A stretch of DNA of 64,000 bases. Origin: a virus (Duplodnaviria > Caudoviricetes). The DNA is taken from IMG/VR virus record IMGVR_UViG_3300033121_001553, positions 1 to 64,000 of that record. One strand, 5' to 3'. Shown here piece by piece: positions 29,727 through 40,196 of the stretch. Every line of letters begins with the position of its first letter. The stretch's first letter is position 1. The position numbers were made by a program, and so were the translations under genes. The notes below the pieces were generated by a model, which worked only from the letters and a program-made list of their open reading frames with translations, did no database searches and was not told where the DNA came from.

Positions 29727-30644
29727 TCATAGCCAACGCAGCATGTATTTTTGATCAAATTTTCTTTCAATATACTGTTTCATTAGTGCGAATACGTCGT
29801 CTATTTCATACGCACCCGCAAACTCAAATTCACTTTCAGTAGTGATTTCATGCAATGGGTTAAATTCGAAATTGACGCCAACACTCTTCAAAAGATCATA
29901 GAAATGTTCAGCGAATGCTACTGCTATATCATGAGTGTCTTCTGGATCAAAGCCGCTATCATCAAATGAGTCTCTTGCAAGCTTGTACGTACGTTTCACT
30001 ATCGCATCCATCTTTTTACGCATTTTATCGATCTCACGTTCGGTGAACACTGGTCGCTGCGTTGATCCAGATCTTGCGATGCCGTAACGTTTAATAACGT
30101 AGCTAATGAATTTCTTTGAGAACTGATCGTACAGCGGTTCACTATTTTTATTTTTCATGTACAACTCAAGCGAGAGTGACAACTCAAGGCTCAGCTTTTT
30201 TGCGTAGCCAACGACAGCATCTGCAGCTGCGTATTGGATATTTGATTCGAAACGTTTGCTAATAATACTCAGCAGCTCTTTACGCGCGTGTTCATCGCCA
30301 TTTTCGAATTCGTCGCTAAATGCTTCGGCATCTTCAGCATCATTGCTGAGTATTGCTTCGCTAAATGATTTTGTGAGATATGAAATAAAGACTTGGCTTA
30401 CGGTATCTTCGTTGCTGTCGTGAATATTTACAACAATGAAGTTTACAAGATCTACTACGTCTGCGCCTGGATAGTAAAACTTCAGCTCTTCGACCAGATA
30501 ATCCGTGAAGAGACGATACGTAGTTTTCCACATATTCTCGATCAACTCTTTGTACTGTTTATCTTGGATCATGTTGATGTAAAACAATGAGCCATCGTCA
30601 TTCATGATAACAGTTTCGTAGTCTAGATCAATAATTGTTTTCAT
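29727..30644 (-). CDS. Hypothetical acidic helical protein (array member)
   Basis: 305 aa; KTTY..F..YL..EL..Y.PG motif resembles 35320..36354. Confidence 0.75.
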   Translation of the reverse strand: MKTIIDLDYETVIMNDDGSLFYINMIQDKQYKELIENMWKTTYRLFTDYLVEELKFYYPGADVVDLVNFIVVNIHDSNEDTVSQVFISYLTKSFSEAILSNDAEDAEAFSDEFENGDEHARKELLSIISKRFESNIQYAAADAVVGYAKKLSLELSLSLELYMKNKNSEPLYDQFSKKFISYVIKRYGIARSGSTQRPVFTEREIDKMRKKMDAIVKRTYKLARDSFDDSGFDPEDTHDIAVAFAEHFYDLLKSVGVNFEFNPLHEITTESEFEFAGAYEIDDVFALMKQYIERKFDQKYMLRWL

Positions 30645-30649
30645 TGTGA

Positions 30650-31567
30650 TTATTCTGCTGTATTAGTATTCTCTATGTAAGATTTCATTTCTTCAACGCA
30701 CATGTCAACGAAATGAAACTTCAGATCTTCAAGATCATCGCTTATGTCTGTTATCTCGCTAAATTCATAGATGTTTATTGGTATACGTAGTTTATGTATA
30801 TTTTCTGTCATGTAGTAAGCTGCAACAGCTATCAGATAACGCTCGCCCGTCATCTTATGACCGTTCCTATCGTAGTAATCTTCACGATCTGACTCGTCTA
30901 CATTTCTGTAAGACTCTGCATACTTAATAGCCTCATTTACAAATTTCTCAGCCTGACTACGAGCGTGATGTAGCACTTTTGCTACGTCAATATCAAATGC
31001 TCTACGCGTTTTTGATGGTTTTGCAGCACCAAAGTAGAATTTTACAAAGTAGTCTCGCTGTTGTTGAGTGAAATACTCAAACAGCAGTGGCATATTACTT
31101 TGCATGTACTTTTTCGTATTTGCTTTAATAAGATTGCATTTCGACGCTACTTTACTTGGGATGATATAGTAGACGTTGAGCATTACATACTCGTAGAACG
31201 GTCTTGGCTTTAGTGAAGCAGTATCAAGCCAATCTACCAAATTTTCCATAATATCTGATATGATCGTATCATCAGACCATATTCTTGGCTTAGACGTTTG
31301 CTCTAGTTTTTTGTCAAGAAAGTATTGATTAAGAGCAAAAAAAATCTCGCTGCCATCAAGTCCTGGGTAATTGTGCTCGAACTCTTCTTCAAACGCATGC
31401 TGTGTTTCTCGCAGCACTCTTTCAATGAAACGACTAAAAAATTCGTTAGGCGCTACACCTTGCTCTTTCGCCTCATCAGCAAATGCATCAACGACTGCTA
31501 GATCTACGCTGTGTTTGATGTATTCAACAATTTGTTTTAGCTCTTGCTTCGTATAGTAGTCGATCAC
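30650..31567 (-). CDS. Hypothetical acidic helical protein (array member), GTG start
   Basis: GTG at 31567 follows the upstream TTA stop and TATTTA; the longer N-terminus in the track is overlap. Confidence 0.7.
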   Translation of the reverse strand: MIDYYTKQELKQIVEYIKHSVDLAVVDAFADEAKEQGVAPNEFFSRFIERVLRETQHAFEEEFEHNYPGLDGSEIFFALNQYFLDKKLEQTSKPRIWSDDTIISDIMENLVDWLDTASLKPRPFYEYVMLNVYYIIPSKVASKCNLIKANTKKYMQSNMPLLFEYFTQQQRDYFVKFYFGAAKPSKTRRAFDIDVAKVLHHARSQAEKFVNEAIKYAESYRNVDESDREDYYDRNGHKMTGERYLIAVAAYYMTENIHKLRIPINIYEFSEITDISDDLEDLKFHFVDMCVEEMKSYIENTNTAE

Positions 31568-31577
31568 AGAGCATAAA

Positions 31578-32597
31578 TAACGCGTCTTTTTGCGAACGCT
31601 TATAAATGATGTCATATACCATGTCATCGTAGTGAAGTTCATTAGCGACGCGATTAATAATTTCAGCGCGTGCAACTTCATCGTACAAGTCAGCATGACT
31701 AAGCTCTGTTCTATAGCCTTCGAGAATTTGTCTGCCGACTGCATAGATGATTTTTTCTAGCTCTTTGTAGTAGTCAACTATGCGCTCATACGAAAACGTG
31801 ATCATTCTTGCAAAATATCCCTGCTGTCGTTCGTAAAGTTCAGCGATGATCTGCTTAGCGATGTTTACTGTTGCTGATGCTGAACGACTCTTTTCAAGAA
31901 TATACGCTGGGCTGTGAAGCGGATTATCTCGCAACAGTTCTTTCATTGTCTTTAGTGCAGACTTTAGCACAAGCTCATGTTGTTCAACTGCATAGCTATT
32001 AGCAAGAAAATAGTTATAAGCTTTTTTAAGTTTGAGATCTTTGCACAGACGAAGAGCGATGACTATCTCGCCGTACGTATTTCCAAGACAGAAGTTTATG
32101 ATCAATGTTGCGATCGACGCGATCTTAGCAGATGTTTGTTCGACGGCTTGATTGTACGAATCGACAAACATCTCTTTATCTGTAAAGTTAACAGCATCTT
32201 TTTTAAGCTTATTCTTGATCCATATCTTGTATTTTTGCAGAGCGTACATAAGAACATAATTGAACGCTGTTGTCGAGCTATTTTTGTAGATCGGTTCAAA
32301 CGGTTGCGCGAATACGTCGCCGGGATCGTCGCTCATATGCTTAGCGCTGTACTCAGCAAAGTCAACTGCAAAAATCAACAACTCAGCCGCTGTTGCGTAG
32401 TCAACAGAAAATTCTATGCATATCCTCAACGCAGCTGTTCTTATGATTATTCTACAGATCAGCAAATAGTCATTAAACGAAAAAACATTTTCGCTCTCAT
32501 GTTGAACTATCATCCTCCCAGCTTCAACAATAGACTTGTAATGTTTTCGTAGCTGTACTATGTAAATTCTAATTATTTCGTCAACAAATTTATCCAT
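31578..32597 (-). CDS. Hypothetical helical protein (array member); ends at TTA
   Basis: TTA at 31578-31580; V.FA..YSA and RLCKDLKLKKAY motifs shared with 33036 and 34188 genes. Confidence 0.75.
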
Positions 32598-32598
32598 A

Positions 32599-33009
32599 TC
32601 AACCGTTATGCTGTCTTATGTAGCTTCTAACAAGCATACGTGTTTCAATACTTTCATCTGAAAATTCTCTGCTTATCGCTCTCGTTAGCTGTAGTCCAGA
32701 CCCACCTGCTTTTTCGATCGCTACCCACGCAAAACGCCGCAGCATATCTGCCATCATCGTTCTGAAGTCTTCGTTAGACGTTATGTTTTTGTAGCCGTAC
32801 TTTGCGCCTTCTTGCTCGGCGAGAATAACTGTTCTAACAAACAAATACCTAAATCTTTGCCCGACTACGCCAGCGACTTCACCGAACTTTCCACTTACAA
32901 CAAATTCATCAAGCATACTGTCCACTTGCGCAGATGCTTCGTCCAAGAATGCATCATTTTCAATAGCTTCGCTAATGATCTCTTTTAGTTCGCTGAGTCG
33001 TATCTTCAT
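32599..33009 (-). CDS. Leader-bearing hypothetical protein
   Basis: MKIRLSELKEIISEA; TATTTA 5 nt upstream. Confidence 0.75.
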   Translation of the reverse strand: MKIRLSELKEIISEAIENDAFLDEASAQVDSMLDEFVVSGKFGEVAGVVGQRFRYLFVRTVILAEQEGAKYGYKNITSNEDFRTMMADMLRRFAWVAIEKAGGSGLQLTRAISREFSDESIETRMLVRSYIRQHNG

Positions 33010-33035
33010 ACGCGTAAATATGCGAAGTGCCGCGC

Positions 33036-34172
33036 TTATTTTCTTTTAAGCTCATCTGCGTACTCTTTGCAGATCTCATTGTACGTTTTTATTATGTCAC
33101 TTTTGTGATCAAACCAGTACGTTGTTATAGCTTCACTAACATTTTCTTTAAACTTTGCGAAATTTCCCATTTTAGTGTAGTCAATGTACTGCAGCGCATA
33201 TTCTATCATCTGCTTTGCAACATAAAACATGTATCTGCCAAGCACACGACGCGCATTCAAGCCATTGACTCTGTTCCGATTTATTATATCAATGGCAACT
33301 GAATACAGCCAACTCGACTTTCCAGCTATTATATTGGCGATTTCTACATTTTTTCTGCCCGTCAAACCAAGCTCTGTATAGTCAGGTACGTCTTGTTGAA
33401 CAAAGTCGCTAATGAGTACACGAACGTTCTTCTCAACGAGCTTAAAAAAATCAACATACGAATCGTAGCTACGTGAGCTGTCGACGTTTGACGTAATGTA
33501 GCGTTTTGCATGTTTTAGCTTGAGACTGTCGCATATTCGAATGAGCTGCGTAGTTGCAGACGTAAAAAGTTCATCGTCAGCTTCATCGCTCTGCTCGAAT
33601 ATGCTTGATATCGCTTTGTTCATCTCATCATCAATGTTTTCAACAACACCTTCGTACGCCTGCTTCAACATATGTTCAGCATCTGCTCCTTGATGAAAAT
33701 GCAGCGTATGCTTGGTCTCGTAGTACTCTTGAACGTACGATTCAAAACTCATTGTAGCTTCTAGACTGGAAAAGATGCTGTTGACTATGTTGCTTTCATC
33801 GTCAGCTTCATCTGATAGCTCAGCGTAGTCTTGAACAGCAACAAGTAGTTCATCTACGACGTTAACGTTATCAAGCAGCGATTTTTCTGCGCGTCTTCGT
33901 ATTGCTTCATTAACGAAATGCGTAAACTGCTTCGCGAACTGAGCGTAGCTGAAATTATTTTTGACATCTTTAAGCGTTTTTTCTAGTCTAACGACTGCTT
34001 GCATGTTTAGCTTTGTCGTTTCTTCGTCGCCGCTTTCTTCGCTTTCTTCTGCTGCTGTATTCGCGTATGACAATTTGTCGTCAATGTCATCTATTACTCC
34101 TACTCGAATATTCTTATAGAAGTCAGCAACTTTTTTGTGATACGCTTGAAAAATTAGTTTTGTAAATTTCAT
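33036..34172 (-). CDS. Hypothetical acidic helical protein (array member)
   Basis: 378 aa; AYH, DELL..VQDYAE, LIRICDSLKLKHAK. Confidence 0.78.
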   Translation of the reverse strand: MKFTKLIFQAYHKKVADFYKNIRVGVIDDIDDKLSYANTAAEESEESGDEETTKLNMQAVVRLEKTLKDVKNNFSYAQFAKQFTHFVNEAIRRRAEKSLLDNVNVVDELLVAVQDYAELSDEADDESNIVNSIFSSLEATMSFESYVQEYYETKHTLHFHQGADAEHMLKQAYEGVVENIDDEMNKAISSIFEQSDEADDELFTSATTQLIRICDSLKLKHAKRYITSNVDSSRSYDSYVDFFKLVEKNVRVLISDFVQQDVPDYTELGLTGRKNVEIANIIAGKSSWLYSVAIDIINRNRVNGLNARRVLGRYMFYVAKQMIEYALQYIDYTKMGNFAKFKENVSEAITTYWFDHKSDIIKTYNEICKEYADELKRK

Positions 34173-34187
34173 GTCTTGTCTTTCTTG

Positions 34188-35333
34188 TTAGCGTCTCGTT
34201 GCGTAGACATAGTCAGCGATTATTTCTGTAACAATATCATAAAAATCTGTTCTATCGATGAAGTCTTTGACGATATTCAAAATTCTATGGAAGAATTCAG
34301 TATGTTCTGCTGTACGTGCTGAATGGGAGACTTTTTTGTTCTCTCCATCTTCGGGTGAATACAACATGTCAGATGATAGTTCTCTGATTTGTTCTGGATC
34401 AACGTTTGCTTTAACGTAGTCAGCAGCTTCATACGCGTATTTTCGTAGCACTGGCTTAAGCTCTTGCATCACGTCATGCGCGATAACTACGTTATGATGA
34501 AGCGCGAGTTCTTTTACGACAATCGTAAGCGCACCTTGACTTCCAACAATCGCTGCTGCAATGACGAATGGAGCAGAATTGTAAGTCACCGGTGACTCAA
34601 GATAGTTTTCCAAAATTTCGTTTATAAGTTGTTTGACGTTGGCAAAAAAACTATTTTTCTTATTTGAGTGATAAGCTTTCGTAGAAGTAACTGGCGAATG
34701 CGCTATAAGAAAAGACTCTGCTTTATGCAGTTTCAAGCTACGGGCGTACCTAATCAGTACAGTCGAAAAATACTCAGCAGATGCGAATGAATTGAGCAAT
34801 TTCTTAACGTTATCGATAAGATCATTTTTGATCGTATCGATAGCGCTCATTTTTCTTCTGATCGTATCGGCTCTTATCTGTGTCCATTCATATACATCGA
34901 CGACACGTGCCTTCACAGAAGATTCTATTGCGCCAGCGATGCTAATCTCAACGTATGGTCTTTCTATTACGTCTACTATAGACTTGATAGAAACATCTTC
35001 TTTGTTGCTCTCTGACTCGCTGTAGTCTTGCGCAAGTATGAACAATTCATCCGTTGTGTTAAAGTCGGCTCCAAGATACTGCGCACGATCAATGATCGCA
35101 TTCGTTATCGCAATTTCGTAGTATTCAAGAACATCTTCGTAACTCACTTTACTAATGAGCTTTTTTGCTTCTTCATGCATACGCTCATTTGCTTCTTCAT
35201 CATACGAAAGTTCTACGCCATCCAAGCAATCTGCAAGCTGCTCAGCAACCCTTCTGTAAAGATCGCGCAGTTCGCGATGATACGCACTCTTTACAAGCTT
35301 ATAGTATTCTGAGCTTGTCTTACCACGCTTCAT
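34188..35333 (-). CDS. Hypothetical acidic helical protein (array member)
   Basis: 381 aa; AYH, DELF..AQDYSE, LIRYARSLKLHKAE, paralog of 33036..34172. Confidence 0.78.
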   Translation of the reverse strand: MKRGKTSSEYYKLVKSAYHRELRDLYRRVAEQLADCLDGVELSYDEEANERMHEEAKKLISKVSYEDVLEYYEIAITNAIIDRAQYLGADFNTTDELFILAQDYSESESNKEDVSIKSIVDVIERPYVEISIAGAIESSVKARVVDVYEWTQIRADTIRRKMSAIDTIKNDLIDNVKKLLNSFASAEYFSTVLIRYARSLKLHKAESFLIAHSPVTSTKAYHSNKKNSFFANVKQLINEILENYLESPVTYNSAPFVIAAAIVGSQGALTIVVKELALHHNVVIAHDVMQELKPVLRKYAYEAADYVKANVDPEQIRELSSDMLYSPEDGENKKVSHSARTAEHTEFFHRILNIVKDFIDRTDFYDIVTEIIADYVYATRR

Positions 35334-36354
35334 CGTCTTCTTCTTCTTTCTTTGGAAAATCAGCGTTGCTGTAGTAACGTCTCGTCAGATCTTCTACGTA
35401 TCGTAGCATTTCATTGCGAATAACATTGCTGTAGATGTCACCGTACGCGTTGCCAACAGCACGCTCAATGTTTTCTGTGACATCATCTTCTAGCTGTTCA
35501 TACGTCATTATCTCTGATAGAAAAGAAAACTGTTGCATTACGTGATACGCGAAGATACTAACGAACCGTACGTAGTCATCAGTCGAATGTTTGTCTGAGA
35601 GTCTCTTGAAAATCTTCGTAATACCGTTCTTGACATTGCTAACGTACTTTTCAATGTTGCGATGCGACAGATCCATACCGGCTGTCGCACGAGAACGAGA
35701 GCGTTCGTCAGCGCCGTACAGCTTCATCAGATAACTTCTAATTTTTTTCGGTAGCTCGCGCATAATGTACCCGGCTTCAATATCGTTGTTCTTCGTATAC
35801 TGACGGGCGAGCACAGAAATATTCGTCAAAATACTGTCGTTTTCTTCTGTAACACTATTAATAACGAATGAGGCTACAACGCTATCCAACGTATAATGAT
35901 CATGATGTTCACGATGCATATCATTGTACACGCTAAGAATCCAGCCCTTCGCGGTCTTAACGAGCTTTTCGTACTCATCTGAGAACAGATACGTTGTGTC
36001 GAATTCATTTAGTAGCATCTCGCTTTGATCAGAGTACGTACTCATGAAATAGAGGATTGACTCTGCTGTCCTTTCAGCAAAGTCAATGTATATGCTGTAT
36101 TCGTGACTGTCGACTTTGCTATCGTGCTCGTAGCACATTTGTATGTACTCGTTTACTGGAAAGCCTGGCATGTAGTACTGCAGCTCTGGACCGAGCATTG
36201 AAACAAAATTATGCCACGTTTTTTTAATAACATCTTCAAGCATCTCGTCAGCTTGCACTGGGTAGGTAATTTTAAACAGCTTAACTGTAGCGTCACCGCT
36301 CAGCATTTTTTTTATTCGCTTGACATGAGACTCATTTGGTTCGTAAAATTTCAT
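35320..36354 (-). CDS. Hypothetical acidic helical protein (array member)
   Basis: 344 aa; KKTW..F...L..EL.YYMPG. Confidence 0.75.
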   Translation of the reverse strand: MKFYEPNESHVKRIKKMLSGDATVKLFKITYPVQADEMLEDVIKKTWHNFVSMLGPELQYYMPGFPVNEYIQMCYEHDSKVDSHEYSIYIDFAERTAESILYFMSTYSDQSEMLLNEFDTTYLFSDEYEKLVKTAKGWILSVYNDMHREHHDHYTLDSVVASFVINSVTEENDSILTNISVLARQYTKNNDIEAGYIMRELPKKIRSYLMKLYGADERSRSRATAGMDLSHRNIEKYVSNVKNGITKIFKRLSDKHSTDDYVRFVSIFAYHVMQQFSFLSEIMTYEQLEDDVTENIERAVGNAYGDIYSNVIRNEMLRYVEDLTRRYYSNADFPKKEEEDDEAW

Positions 36355-37385
36355 TTCGTTCTCTTGAAAAATGATAGTATGAATTCAACTATACGTTCGA
36401 ACAACGTTAGTTCACGTACAACGATAACTGGCACGGGCGGTGGCGGTGGAACAGGCTCATCCACGTACACTGGTACTACAGGCGTTGGCGTCGGTTGATC
36501 TACTGGCGTAACTTCCCATGTTTGTAGTTCATCAGCTGTCGCAGGTATCGTAACATTCCACAGTTTCATAACAAGTGGTGCAAGCTTATCGTAACGTTTT
36601 GGGTATATCCCAATGCCTGGTCCAAAAGTCAGCTTTTTGATCAACGATATGCACCAGTCTTGGCTCCACTTCGTGTACGCCGAACCGTCTATGTGCTGCT
36701 TTAGCTGCGTGTGCGCTGTCGCTGGAATGTTAGCTGCGAATGATATGTAAATCGCTCTAACAGCAAGCGTCCAGTCGTCGTTACGCTGTTCTGTGAATAG
36801 CTGTTCTTGCGCATACTGCGTAGCGAAACTGAGCAGTCGTTTCTTTGTGAATTCCCGCTGAACTGTTTGAGCTCTCTGATCTGAGAAGATGCTTGCGATA
36901 CAAGCAGCCCATGTCTTTGCACGCTCTTTTGCTTCTGGAGTCCATGCTCCTGTCCTTCCGCTGCATCCAAGAAAAAGCTGTTTTTGCTGTTCAAGAGTTT
37001 TTACCTCTACACCGTCAACAAAAAATCTCCATTGATCAGTCGAATTCTTCTTGAAAACAGCACCAGTCATATCAAGTGCTGGACGTAGCTCTGACTCTAG
37101 CCAGTCTGTTCCAACAGCGACAGCAACACCTCCGAGCATATTCGATACGCTACATTGTATAGCTTCTCCCCACTGTATAGCGCCAACAGATATTATCATG
37201 CGATCGTACATATTGATCGCAGCGTAGTTAGAACCTTCAGTGACAGCTACAACTTGCAAATACTTATCAAGAGTATCTGCTTTTACTGGCAAAGATACTC
37301 TTGATAGATGATTTCCAGCGTAATATGGACCTTCGTAGCCGCCATAAGAGCCCCATCCAATATCTTTTACGGTAACAGCTGGCAT
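36351..37385 (-). CDS. Putative lysozyme-like peptidoglycan hydrolase (endolysin candidate)
   Basis: TEGSNYAAINMYD..ISVGAIQW resembles the lysozyme-fold E..D/Q core; Pro-rich linker and amphipathic C-terminal tail; GAGG SD and TATTTA upstream. Confidence 0.5.
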   Translation of the reverse strand: MPAVTVKDIGWGSYGGYEGPYYAGNHLSRVSLPVKADTLDKYLQVVAVTEGSNYAAINMYDRMIISVGAIQWGEAIQCSVSNMLGGVAVAVGTDWLESELRPALDMTGAVFKKNSTDQWRFFVDGVEVKTLEQQKQLFLGCSGRTGAWTPEAKERAKTWAACIASIFSDQRAQTVQREFTKKRLLSFATQYAQEQLFTEQRNDDWTLAVRAIYISFAANIPATAHTQLKQHIDGSAYTKWSQDWCISLIKKLTFGPGIGIYPKRYDKLAPLVMKLWNVTIPATADELQTWEVTPVDQPTPTPVVPVYVDEPVPPPPPVPVIVVRELTLFERIVEFILSFFKRTK

Positions 37386-37424
37386 TCATACACCTCGTAC
37401 CGTAAATATCTACGACGCTACTAC

Positions 37425-37895
37425 TAATTTTTTGTTTGTCTTCACGTTCTCAAGCATCGTTTCAGCGGGACCTTTAAGAACAAGCTTTGCTTTTGTGCCG
37501 TCATCAAGCATGACATAAGTCGGTTGTTCAACATGCTGAATTTCGGCTTCATTCACATTTTGATATGAACTTTGTACATTCTGTAGTCGATACTTCTCCG
37601 TTCTATCACCAATTTCAGCGATATAAGCATCGATAACGTTATTCATGCGTTTCTGGAGTTCGTCTCCGACTTGTGGTATTGACGTGTAAATAACACAGTT
37701 CGATGACAGCTCTTCTAGAACTTCTCTATTCGACGAAATGACACCGTCTTTGCTGATTTCTGCATAAACATGACGCTTCTTTTGACCATCAAGCGCAACA
37801 GTAATGTTAATCTCTACTATGGCAACAACCTTTATCACAAGTTTGCTACCAACAGACAGCAAATACAGTATCTGTCCAACGTTGTAGTCATTCAT
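37425..37895 (-). CDS. Hypothetical protein; ends at TTA
   Basis: MNDYNVGQILY start; TTA at 37425-37427 before the TATTTA of the next gene. Confidence 0.65.
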
Positions 37896-38187
37896 CTTGT
37901 TCTGATTCACTTCCATCATCAGCATCGCTATTATACTTTACGATGTTGATCGAGTACATCTGACTCATGCTTATCGCGTGATCTGGCGCTTCATCAATTG
38001 GAACATTAGCCGCTTTGCACAATTTTACGAGTTTGTTCCAAATTTTTGAATCTTGCTTCGCATCCATGAGTTTGCTTACTGGATCTGATACTTGTGAATT
38101 CGACACGACTATCGTAACGCCCATAAGCGCTCGCAGATGCTCAAGCTCATCACGACTCAACTTCAAATCGTATGTTTTTGTGGCCAT
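37888..38187 (-). CDS. Hypothetical protein
   Basis: 99 aa; ATG overlaps the upstream TTA (TTATG). Confidence 0.65.
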   Translation of the reverse strand: MATKTYDLKLSRDELEHLRALMGVTIVVSNSQVSDPVSKLMDAKQDSKIWNKLVKLCKAANVPIDEAPDHAISMSQMYSINIVKYNSDADDGSESEQDE

Positions 38188-38435
38188 AATTCATCACCGA
38201 GCAAAGCGTAAAATTCATCGTACGTATTTTTGTTATCAACAGACTCTACTATCTTTTTAACTCTCATTACTGCTTTAAGAGTTTTCATGTCGATTTTATC
38301 AGAGAACTCTTGGATGAGTTCCTTCCGCGACTCCGAGAGCTCAGCGAGCTCTTGTTCAAGTGCAGTGTAACGTTCAACAAACTCTTTGACATCATTCGGC
38401 TCATTCAAAACTTTATCTTCGTTTTTCTTCTTCAT
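38187..38435 (-). CDS. GapR/DUF2312-like (T4 DsbA-like) DNA-binding protein; ends at TTA
   Basis: VKEFVER...LEQE...LSE.RKEL..E....D.KTLK.VMR.KK pattern. Confidence 0.6.
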
Positions 38436-39517
38436 TATTTCGCTCCTGATGTTATATTTTGCACAGCTGCGTCGTACTTAGCAAGTAGATTTGAATTTAC
38501 ACCAGCACCGGCAAGTTGTTCACGCCTTTTTTTGATAGCTGACACGCAAGCATTTACAGCAGCAGCACGTATTTGCTGAAGCGAGACTTGCAGAAACTCT
38601 TGTTGAACTTCTTGCGGTAGCTTCGCCGCTTCAGCCTTGAGCTGAGGGAACTTTGAAAGATCTTTTATCGATGCTGCTTCACGTGCAGGCTGAAGCAACG
38701 CAGCAACGTCTCTATCGATAAAAGCTGTTGCGTCTGACATCATTGACTGCGCGCGCTTTGAGCTTGAAATCTTTTTTTGAACGTACGCAAGCACTTTATC
38801 GACTTTCTGCGCTGTTGCATCGTCTGCTTCAAGCAGCGTTGCACCGCTACGTGAACGCGAGTCATGCACGTCTATCCAAGCATGTCTGTTGAAATACTGC
38901 GATGCGTACTTTGATACGACATTTGGAGCTTCATGCTCGTACACTCCATCTAGAAATTTCGTTATTTTGCCGATGTTGGGTTCTTCACCCAACAATGCCC
39001 CAATGATACCAGTGATAGCGCCAGGCGCTTTACGAAAAAATTGAGTTGTAACAAAAGCAGTGGGATTGCTAATAAACGCAAAGAAGATAAAGTCATTATT
39101 TTCCCAAAGCGCCTTATCTGTTGATCTGTATACATCTTCGTACTTTTTTTCTATCGTATCAAGCAATTTATCTTGTTCATCGAATATCTGCTTGTACTTC
39201 GTCGAATAGAACGGTAGCACAACGCTTTTGACAACTTCGAATGCTGTCTTGACAGCGCCACGTGCGCGTACAAGCGTTTTCTGCCCTTCACCCGCTGCTG
39301 TCTGTATAACATCGACAAACGGTTTTACGAATGCTTTATAGATTCCCGACTGTTTAAAGTCAGTATCAATTTTGCCCCATGTGAAGCCTTGACCAGTGTG
39401 TACTCCACCCGTAGAGTCAAATGAAGCGCCACCACCTCCGCCGCCCTCGTCTTCAAGCAAAACGAGTCGTACATACTCTTGTATCAGGCGACGCTCAGTG
39501 TTAGTCAATTTTTTCAT
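38435..39517 (-). CDS. Leader-bearing hypothetical (putative internal head) protein
   Basis: Start MKKLTNTERRLIQEYVRLVLLEDE; TATTTA 5 nt upstream; in-frame TTA lies upstream of this ATG. Confidence 0.75.
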   Translation of the reverse strand: MKKLTNTERRLIQEYVRLVLLEDEGGGGGGASFDSTGGVHTGQGFTWGKIDTDFKQSGIYKAFVKPFVDVIQTAAGEGQKTLVRARGAVKTAFEVVKSVVLPFYSTKYKQIFDEQDKLLDTIEKKYEDVYRSTDKALWENNDFIFFAFISNPTAFVTTQFFRKAPGAITGIIGALLGEEPNIGKITKFLDGVYEHEAPNVVSKYASQYFNRHAWIDVHDSRSRSGATLLEADDATAQKVDKVLAYVQKKISSSKRAQSMMSDATAFIDRDVAALLQPAREAASIKDLSKFPQLKAEAAKLPQEVQQEFLQVSLQQIRAAAVNACVSAIKKRREQLAGAGVNSNLLAKYDAAVQNITSGAK

Positions 39518-39521
39518 AGAC

Positions 39522-40184
39522 TTAAATAAGAGTTGTGCCGCTGATTCTTTGCCACTCTTTGAGTATCTCTGTCTCAACGTAGTTAAAAGTTTCGTATGAA
39601 TCTATCTTTGTGTGATCGTAACACGAGAAAAAACGTCTGCCAACAGTTGGTAGCCTGTACATCATCTCACGTCTTACTGTCTTTGGATCTGTAATATCGC
39701 TTCCTATAGACATCATTGTCATTGGTATGGTTGCTCTAATAAATTCTGGAAGCTTGTAGCCATCACCGTTCATATAGCATCTTACCAGATCAACAGTATT
39801 TCTAATGTGGTACTGTATGTTCGGCAAGTCATCTATATCACGTAGTTCAGTCCAACCGTACCTCGTCTCACGCGGTTCGTAGTCATCTATCTCGACTACA
39901 TAGTACCAGCACATACGATTTGGGTGTGTTGGCTTTGTTCTCATGACCCACGGTATCGGCAAAATACCTTTGCATTTGACGTCTGCAAACTTTTTACCAA
40001 AAAGTTCATAGCAGATATCGTCAACAGCTGTCTCAGTCGTATCGCTAAGCTCATTTTTGTCGCGCGGGTAGATCCAGTCATCGCTACCAGCTTTATGGCA
40101 TACAAGCAGCTTGTTCTTGCTATATGCGATGAGCCCTATCGTATAAATAATGCCCTTTTCAAAAAATTCTTGCTTTCGCTTCAT
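39522..40184 (-). CDS. Degenerate Nudix-fold protein
   Basis: GLIAYSKNKLLV.....DWIYPRDKNELSDTTETAVDDICYELFG aligns to a Nudix box lacking the G..E..RE..EE residues. Confidence 0.45.
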   Translation of the reverse strand: MKRKQEFFEKGIIYTIGLIAYSKNKLLVCHKAGSDDWIYPRDKNELSDTTETAVDDICYELFGKKFADVKCKGILPIPWVMRTKPTHPNRMCWYYVVEIDDYEPRETRYGWTELRDIDDLPNIQYHIRNTVDLVRCYMNGDGYKLPEFIRATIPMTMMSIGSDITDPKTVRREMMYRLPTVGRRFFSCYDHTKIDSYETFNYVETEILKEWQRISGTTLI

Positions 40185-40196
40185 CAACCAAGATTA

